A stretch of DNA of 37,787 nucleotides, from the NCBI GenBank assembly GCA_035457545.1, contig DATIBM010000058.1, positions 1-37,787 on the forward strand, in the 5' to 3' direction. This document shows positions 30,734 through 37,787 of this stretch, piece by piece; the stretch's first letter is position 1, and every line of letters begins with the position of its first letter. A program made the position numbers and the translations under genes. The stretch is from Nitrospiraceae bacterium (GTDB lineage Bacteria; Nitrospirota; Nitrospiria; Nitrospirales; Nitrospiraceae). The notes below the pieces were generated by a model, which was not told the origin of the DNA, made no database searches, and saw only the letters and a program-made list of their open reading frames with translations.

Positions 30734-30784
30734 TACCCATCCCGCTTAGTCAACTCCCAACCGTGGTCAGTTCGACGACGTCGG

Positions 30785-30813
30785 TTGTCACGGTTTCGCC
30801 GGGTGACTATAAT
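30785..30813 (+). promoter_or_regulatory. Near-consensus sigma70 promoter, probably giving a leaderless mRNA
   Basis: TTGTCA-17 bp-TATAAT, then 6 bp to ATG 30820; inverted repeat GTCAC...GTGAC overlaps the spacer. Confidence 0.7.
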
Positions 30814-30819
30814 TGATCC

Positions 30820-30996
30820 ATGCCTTCCCACAGCAAAAAAAAGAGGGCCAAATCATCCGTCCGATCCCGCGCGACCCGAAAGAGGCGGGCTGTTTCAATT
30901 GGGGACCGGATCGCGCAGCTCGCTCGGGCTATTTCTCCCGCGGAACTCCATAAACTCCCCACTGACCTTGCCGCGAATCACGACCATTACCTCTAA
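30820..30996 (+). CDS. Small VapB-like antitoxin (58 aa, below ORF-track cutoff), possibly truncated
   Basis: MPSHSKKKRAK...IAQLARAISPAELHKLPTDLAANHDHYL*; the LPxDLAxNHDHYL(YG) tail is one I recall from antitoxins upstream of PIN toxins. Confidence 0.6.
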   Translation: MPSHSKKKRAKSSVRSRATRKRRAVSIGDRIAQLARAISPAELHKLPTDLAANHDHYL

Positions 30997-31010
30997 GGCA
31001 GCTCATTGTG

Positions 31011-31077
31011 GTGAAATGACCGCCCCTTCGAGCAAAAGCGCTTTGCCGCGCTGATGCTCCGCACGGGATCTCGCTGA
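31011..31077 (+). pseudogene. Remnant of a PIN/VapC toxin (extreme C-terminus only)
   Basis: From 31015: NDRPFEQKRFAALMLRTGSR*, resembling the VapC terminal motif T-x-D-x-H-F-x-Q-x-G-F; directly follows the antitoxin. Confidence 0.5.
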
Positions 31078-31140
31078 ACGGGAGTCTGCGCTAGCTCGAC
31101 GTGAATATCTGGAACAGTAGTGTTCGTGCCAGATAGAGAC

Positions 31141-31429
31141 TGGGGAGCCACCATGGCCGGTTTCATCTACAAGATATTTCCTTCTCCAATTCTTCGACCA
31201 AAAGCGGTTGTCCTTCTTTCTCAATGGCCTCGGCTGAGGCAGGACGAGCACGCCGGCTTCGCCATCATGCGTTGGGGTGGGGGTCGCCCTTCCTGTCTCT
31301 CGTTCGGCCGCCGCTCCCTCTGAAACTCGACCGGCGTCGAATGCCGGTCGCAGCGGCAGCCTCACTGCTGCCGGCAGACTACAAGCGCGATGGCCATACC
31401 CTCTGTGCTCATCCCTGCCATCCGAGGCC
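31141..31429. repeat. 289-bp direct repeat, copy 1 (tRNA-3'-end mimic plus structured core 31226-31429)
   Basis: Aligns by eye along its length with 34417-34705, including exact blocks TTCGCCATCATGCGTTG, GCTCCCTCTGAAACTCGACCGG and ACCCTCTGTGCTCATCCCTGCCATCCGAGGCC. Confidence 0.92.
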
Positions 31430-31494
31430 GAGAAAGGGAATATTAAAGTCGGTGGCAGCGGCTTTTCTTTTCCTGCCGAGGCTTGGCTTAATGT

Positions 31495-31815
31495 GACACT
31501 GGGCGTTCGTCGGCGCGTTGCGGGCGCGTCAGGTGACCTCGCATGTGCCCCAGCTCACGACGCGACGGACCAATGCCATTGACGTCCGGACCACGCGCCA
31601 CCCCGAGCCACGCCCTCAGTCAACAGAAGCGAAAAAGCGTCGACGAAGTCTTCGGGTGCTTGAAGACCGTCGGGCTGCTCCTCATGGTCACACTTCGCGG
31701 TGGCACGGCGTTCAGACTGGGCCGTCACCGCGGCAAGAAGGTGCGCCGGCGGCACTCCCGATGGCGTTCGGGGTCCATTGATTCATTGGACCAGGGTTTT
31801 CACGCAGCCTGCTAG
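31495..31815 (+). mobile_element. Degenerate IS5/IS1182-like transposase 3' fragment with right end
   Basis: Frameshifted FVGALRARQVTSHVPQ..AIDVRTTRHP / ALSQQKRKSVDEVFGCLKTVG; ends TTTTCACGCAGCCTG-CTAG, like the termini of CTAG-targeting elements. Confidence 0.7.
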
Positions 31816-31894
31816 ACCTTATGCAATGGAATGTCCCACGGCGACTGGTGAGGGAGCTTCTCTGCGGACATGACGATGGGATAGTTAGGGGGTT

Positions 31895-32953
31895 CTATTG
31901 CTTGTCCGGAAGGAGCGGGAGTGACGTGAGTGGGCGCTTGGAGAATTTCCCGCCCTCAAGTAGGATAGGTTGTCCTTGGTGCCACCCGATCACACTATCA
32001 TTAGGAATGACCCGCGCGATGTCATTCACTACATCGTACAGAATCGTATCGAATCTGCCGTGGGGATATTCTTTGCTCGTGAGCTCCGGCCGATGGATTT
32101 CCAGTATGAGCACATCTCCCTCTGTGGCCCAGCCCACGATCCTGGCACGCTGCATCAGCGCAGCAATCCGAGGACGCCGAGCTAGGACCGGCTGATTCGT
32201 TCTTGTCTCAAAAACCTCAACGGTCCCAACGCCGGACGGGCGAGTGCCGTGGTAGTAACGGCCGGTCGGAGAAAAATAAATTCCCTTATATGCTGTCTCC
32301 AGAACTTTTTGTGTCATAGGGTCGTATCGCAGGATATGACGGCGGCCATCGGATTCATCCCAAATGTACAGGTTATGGTCCGCCTGCGACCAAGCCACAT
32401 AGTGCCCCTTGTCATAAATCTTTTTCGTCGTTCTCAGACGATGGTCGTAGAGCCAGGTACCAGTCGACTGAAGTGTGTATATTTGCTTCACCTCTCCGGT
32501 GGTATAGGCTAGAAACCGGCTGTCGGGACTCCAGGCAAACTCTCGGCCTTGAGCGAAGGAAGTAATCTCTTTGCCATCTCCGGTCAGAACGAGAAGTCTA
32601 GTCTCGTGAAACCCTGTATCTGGAGAGACCTGTACTGCAATGGCTGCCCCCGAGGGAGCAACTTGGGGGTTGCCCACGTATCGGTCCCCTGCTTCAAAGA
32701 CCTTGTTCTTCGTCCCCGTCGCTAAATCCTGAACGTAGAGGACGGACTTGTCGGGATGGTTCATATCCTGAAGAATGGTATTGACATAACCAACCCCGCC
32801 AAAAACGACACGATCACTTTCCCGAGCATACGAGAACACCATGTCTTCGCTATCAGTGCGGGACCCTTCGACGGTGATACCAGCCGTCATAGCCACCAAC
32901 ATGAACGCGCCAAGCGTTAATTCTCCAATAATGTTGGCGATGAAGCGCCGCAT
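31895..32953 (-). CDS. Secreted TolB/WD40-like beta-propeller protein
   Basis: N-terminal hydrophobic signal; repeated blades PQVAPSG, FAWSPDSRFLAY, VAWSQAD, YFSPTGRY; ATG 32953 with AAGGA RBS 14 bp after the upstream stop. Confidence 0.78.
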   Translation of the reverse strand: MRRFIANIIGELTLGAFMLVAMTAGITVEGSRTDSEDMVFSYARESDRVVFGGVGYVNTILQDMNHPDKSVLYVQDLATGTKNKVFEAGDRYVGNPQVAPSGAAIAVQVSPDTGFHETRLLVLTGDGKEITSFAQGREFAWSPDSRFLAYTTGEVKQIYTLQSTGTWLYDHRLRTTKKIYDKGHYVAWSQADHNLYIWDESDGRRHILRYDPMTQKVLETAYKGIYFSPTGRYYHGTRPSGVGTVEVFETRTNQPVLARRPRIAALMQRARIVGWATEGDVLILEIHRPELTSKEYPHGRFDTILYDVVNDIARVIPNDSVIGWHQGQPILLEGGKFSKRPLTSLPLLPDKQ

Positions 32954-32966
32954 TAGTTCCTTTATC

Positions 32967-34094
32967 TTAGGGGCAGTTATTGCTATCTGCTCCGTCAGGA
33001 TCGACCAGTGACACGTGAATATGATTATCATGCCCACTCGCTTGCACGATATTCACACCTGGAACATCGGAAGAGGTAATGTTGGAAAGTGGAGAAACAA
33101 GTATCCTGTATAGCGAGCCACTTGCAGCAAATAGGTTCAATAACTCTATGGTCAAGGATCTACTATACAAATTTTGAAGCTGATTTGGATCGGCTAAGTC
33201 TAGTGGGCCATCTTGGCCATCATTCCGAACATAACGCACGTCAATATCGAGCCCATTCTGATGTTCTGCGTGAGGAGCAAACGCACCACCCGTTGGCCGG
33301 CTTATATCCAGAATTCCAATCCGCGGTGCAGGATGGTTCTGGAACCACTGGTTACCCACGGTTTGAATGAGGCGTATTGCTGCCTCTAGGCCGCCCCAAT
33401 CATCCGTATTCTTCGTATCTGTACCACGTTCTTGATAATAGCCTGTCCCTGGATCTGGAAGACTTATTCCTCCAACCAGCGACCCGTTGAATCTTTCTCC
33501 TCTATGCAAAGCCGACCGCGCATGGACCATAATATCGTATTGTGGAGTCACATTCGGCAGCATATTACATATCGTCGTATTGATGCTCCCTTGGAAATGT
33601 AGGAAATATTCACCTGCGGATCCTATCCCAAAGCTCAGTGGGCCTGTCGTATCTGGCTGTGTCGTGTCCAGGACATGCAAGTAGGCCGTTGTCCCATTTG
33701 GATTCTTTCCATAAACCCGTCCAACCGTATAGGTCCCGTTTTGAGACTGGCTCGTAATATCTACCCACGAATAGATGAAGTACAAGACCCGTTCATAGAC
33801 GGTTGAACTCGGGACGCACACACATCCAGGCGTACATTGGGGCACGACAAGTTGACATTGTCCAAAAGCCGTCGCGATAGCATCGAGCCGAAGGTTGGTC
33901 TACGTCCTAACATACATCCCATTCGCCACAGAGCAGCCGGTCGTCACAGTTTTCGCCGTCGCGCTCATGGACTCTCCCCCACCAGAAGGGATATCTGGAC
34001 ACATTCCAGAAGCGCAAACTGACCCAGGTAGTGTTAGAAAAAGCAGGAGACCACATGCCACCAGAATGACTGACCCTAATACCTTGAGGGTCAT
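32967..34094 (-). pseudogene. Secreted Cys-rich protein with C-terminal MepA-like (M74/LAS) murein endopeptidase domain, interrupted by one in-frame TAG at 33900-33902
   Basis: ORFs 33900-34094 and 32967-33845 are in the same frame and the 18 codons between them are open (TNLRLDAIATAFGQCQLV). C-terminus has DISRPTGG...HAEHQNGLDID...HDNHIH. Confidence 0.75.
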
Positions 34095-34184
34095 ATCAGT
34101 GGCTCATGGTTTTGTGGGCTGGCAAGAAGAGCGCTGTGCAGGGTAGCACTCATCAGGCTCCAACAACTTGACCAATACCCTGGT

Positions 34185-34204
34185 TTAGTACTTTACAGTA
34201 CTAA
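34185..34204. promoter_or_regulatory. Perfect 8-4-8 inverted repeat, candidate regulator binding site
   Basis: TTAGTACT-TTAC-AGTACTAA, 90 bp upstream of the MepA-like gene start. Confidence 0.5.
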
Positions 34205-34416
34205 GTTGCGGAGGCCTTATATGACGGCATAAGCTAAATGTCAATATCTATTTTAGTTCAAATTACTTATTATAGGTACGAACATACCTATTTTCGTCAA
34301 ATGGGCACGAATTACGGCCCTCGCCCGATCGACAAATTTGAGTATGGTGATCAACACGTTTCTTCCTTGGATACTAATTGGAAGCGTGTACTTCCATTGC
34401 CCAAATTCGTCAAGTT

Positions 34417-34705
34417 CGGGAAGCCATTCTATCCATCTCATCTCCAAGACATTTTCCTCACCAATTTTTTTACCAAAGCAGTTGTCCTCCTGCCCTGAAA
34501 GCCTCGGCTGATGCAGGGCGAGCACACCCGGGGTTCGCCATCATGCGTTGCGATGAGGATGGCCACTGCTTTCTCTCGTTTGGCCGCTGCTCCCTCTGAA
34601 ACTCGACCGGAGTCGAATGCCGGTTGCAGCGGCAGCCTCACGGCAGGCGGCATCAGACAAGCGCGATAGCTCCACCCTCTGTGCTCATCCCTGCCATCCG
34701 AGGCC
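34417..34705. repeat. 289-bp direct repeat, copy 2 (tRNA-3'-end mimic plus structured core 34501-34704)
   Basis: Diverged copy of 31141-31429, same length and orientation. Confidence 0.92.
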
Positions 34706-34814
34706 AATTACATGACATGTCTCCGACGGACGTCCGGGACTGTCAGCGATTGTGTGAAACTCCCCCCTCAGTGATCAGCTGAAATTCCCCCCTCCCTAAC
34801 CATGGAGGCGGGCT

Positions 34815-36919
<2,105 letters not shown>

Positions 36920-37045
36920 ACGGCGCCAGGAACCACGATCGGCACGGGGTTCGACCATCAGGTCGGACTCAACATCCGCAGTCATCACCCGGAGGGGGGA
37001 ATTTCACCTGATCGCACAGGGGGGAATTTCAGCTGATCGTTGACA

Positions 37046-37573
37046 CTTGCCGTCGCGGAAGCGTTCTATCGGTCGGGCGCCTTGGTGTTCGGCGGAGGCC
37101 ACGTCGTCTTGCCTTTGCTCGAAGAGTCGGTCGTCAAAGCAGGATGGATGTCTGCCGATGATTTTCTCGCCGGATATGGGGCCGCGCAGGCGGTTCCCCG
37201 CCCGATGTTCTCACTGGCCGCGTATCTCGGCGCGCGCCTGCCGGGTGACGAAGGCGGCCTGCTTGGAGCTTCCGTCGCTTTGGCCGCGATCTTCCTACCC
37301 GGGTTCCTGCTGGTGGCCGGGGTGCTTCCCCACTGGCAGACCATTCTCGACCGGCTGGCTGCAGCGAAAGCCATCGCCGGCATCAACGCCGCCGTCGTCG
37401 GGATCTTGGGCGCAGCACTGTACGATCCGATCTGGACGAGCGCGGTGCGCGGGCCAGCCGGTCTCGCCATTGCAGCAATTGGATTGGCCCTTCTCGTGAC
37501 CTGGCGCGCGAGCGCCTTCTTCGTCGTGATCTGGTGCGTCGTCGCAAGTCTCGCTGCCACCACGCTGCGCTAA
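37046..37573 (+). pseudogene. chrA: Chromate efflux transporter, C-terminal half only
   Basis: FYRSGALVFGGGHVVLPLL, FLAGYGAAQAVP(R)P, AIFLPG, GINAAVVG; begins exactly at the IS21 end, and the usual PGP motif reads PRP. Confidence 0.85.
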
Positions 37574-37612
37574 GACCGCGATGCGAAGCCATGCCGGCGA
37601 ACAAAATATCGG

Positions 37613-37787
37613 TTAGTAGTTGGTCACAACCCATCCCCATCGCGGCCCGACCGGCGCGGCGGTGTCTGTGAGCGGAAGGCTTGTATGGACCTGCGGCGTC
37701 ACGGCGGGAATGGGACGCTCCCGTAACGCGATCACCGTCCGATGGAGATCCCCCGCCCGCAGGAATTCGACGTCGACCTTATCTCCG
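37613..37787 (-). CDS. C-terminus of a probable PDZ-domain protein (HtrA-like), runs off window
   Basis: Manual translation GDKVDVEFLRAGDLHRTVIALRERP...TNY*, resembling the end of a PDZ domain. Confidence 0.5.
   Translation of the reverse strand, partial: GDKVDVEFLRAGDLHRTVIALRERPIPAVTPQVHTSLPLTDTAAPVGPRWGWVVTNY

Noticed and set aside
31226-31429. Retron msr-msd interpretation of the structured repeat
   Set aside because: The terminal inverted repeats fit superficially, but there is no reverse transcriptase in the window and no long msd hairpin.
31003-31582. ORFs overlapping repeat copy 1 (and 34378-34707 over copy 2)
   Set aside because: Indels between the two copies break the frames, so conservation is not at protein level.
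31820-31894. Integron attC after the propeller gene (CCCTAAC just past the stop)
   Set aside because: No matching GTTRRRY box or palindromic arms at a suitable distance.
33900-33902. Pyrrolysine codon
   Set aside because: No pyl genes in view and the protein class is not a known Pyl user; nonsense mutation or error is simpler.
34238-34525. Two overlapping opposite-strand ORFs of 86-90 aa
   Set aside because: No RBS or family motifs; both cross the att-like junction, so they are probably incidental apart from the tail noted in the findings.
30686-34740. CRISPR array or short-repeat array in the accessory region
   Set aside because: No regularly spaced 25-45 bp repeats and no cas genes seen; only two long repeat copies.
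37040-37573. Intact short-chain chromate transporter starting at TTG 37040
   Set aside because: The TTG lies inside the IS21 inverted repeat, there is no RBS or partner half-gene, and a conserved Gly is mutated.

Overview
GC-rich bacterial chromosome segment, most likely Nitrospira/Nitrospirota (inferred from the five-subunit rTCA-type 2-oxoacid:ferredoxin oxidoreductase cluster and the gene order). Bases 1-30685 are mostly core genome: ilvB (partial), a glutaredoxin-like gene overlapping rnpB, two tandem REC-HDOD regulators, an M48 peptidase, RNase HIII, a zinc-ribbon protein, tRNA-Ile2, rpoD, dnaG, HIT, the rho-rpmE-prfA-prmC-murA-his cluster (split between hisB and hisH by an inverted Phd/RelE toxin-antitoxin pair), DUF2203, YciI, a TPR protein, the por-type operon and tRNA-Asn. 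Downstream of tRNA-Asn is an accessory region, and it is the most interesting part. It is built of tandem units delimited by copies of the tRNA 3' end (30676, 31141, 34417). Two of these copies begin a diverged 289-bp direct repeat containing a ~200-nt self-complementary element. No integrase is visible. The cargo is a vapB-like antitoxin whose toxin is almost entirely deleted, an IS5-like remnant, and a secreted MepA-like murein endopeptidase (broken by one in-frame TAG) paired with a secreted beta-propeller, a candidate toxin-immunity pair. An intact IS21 element without target duplication then abuts a 5'-truncated chrA. All calls are by eye, from motifs and recalled family knowledge; no searches or folding programs were run.
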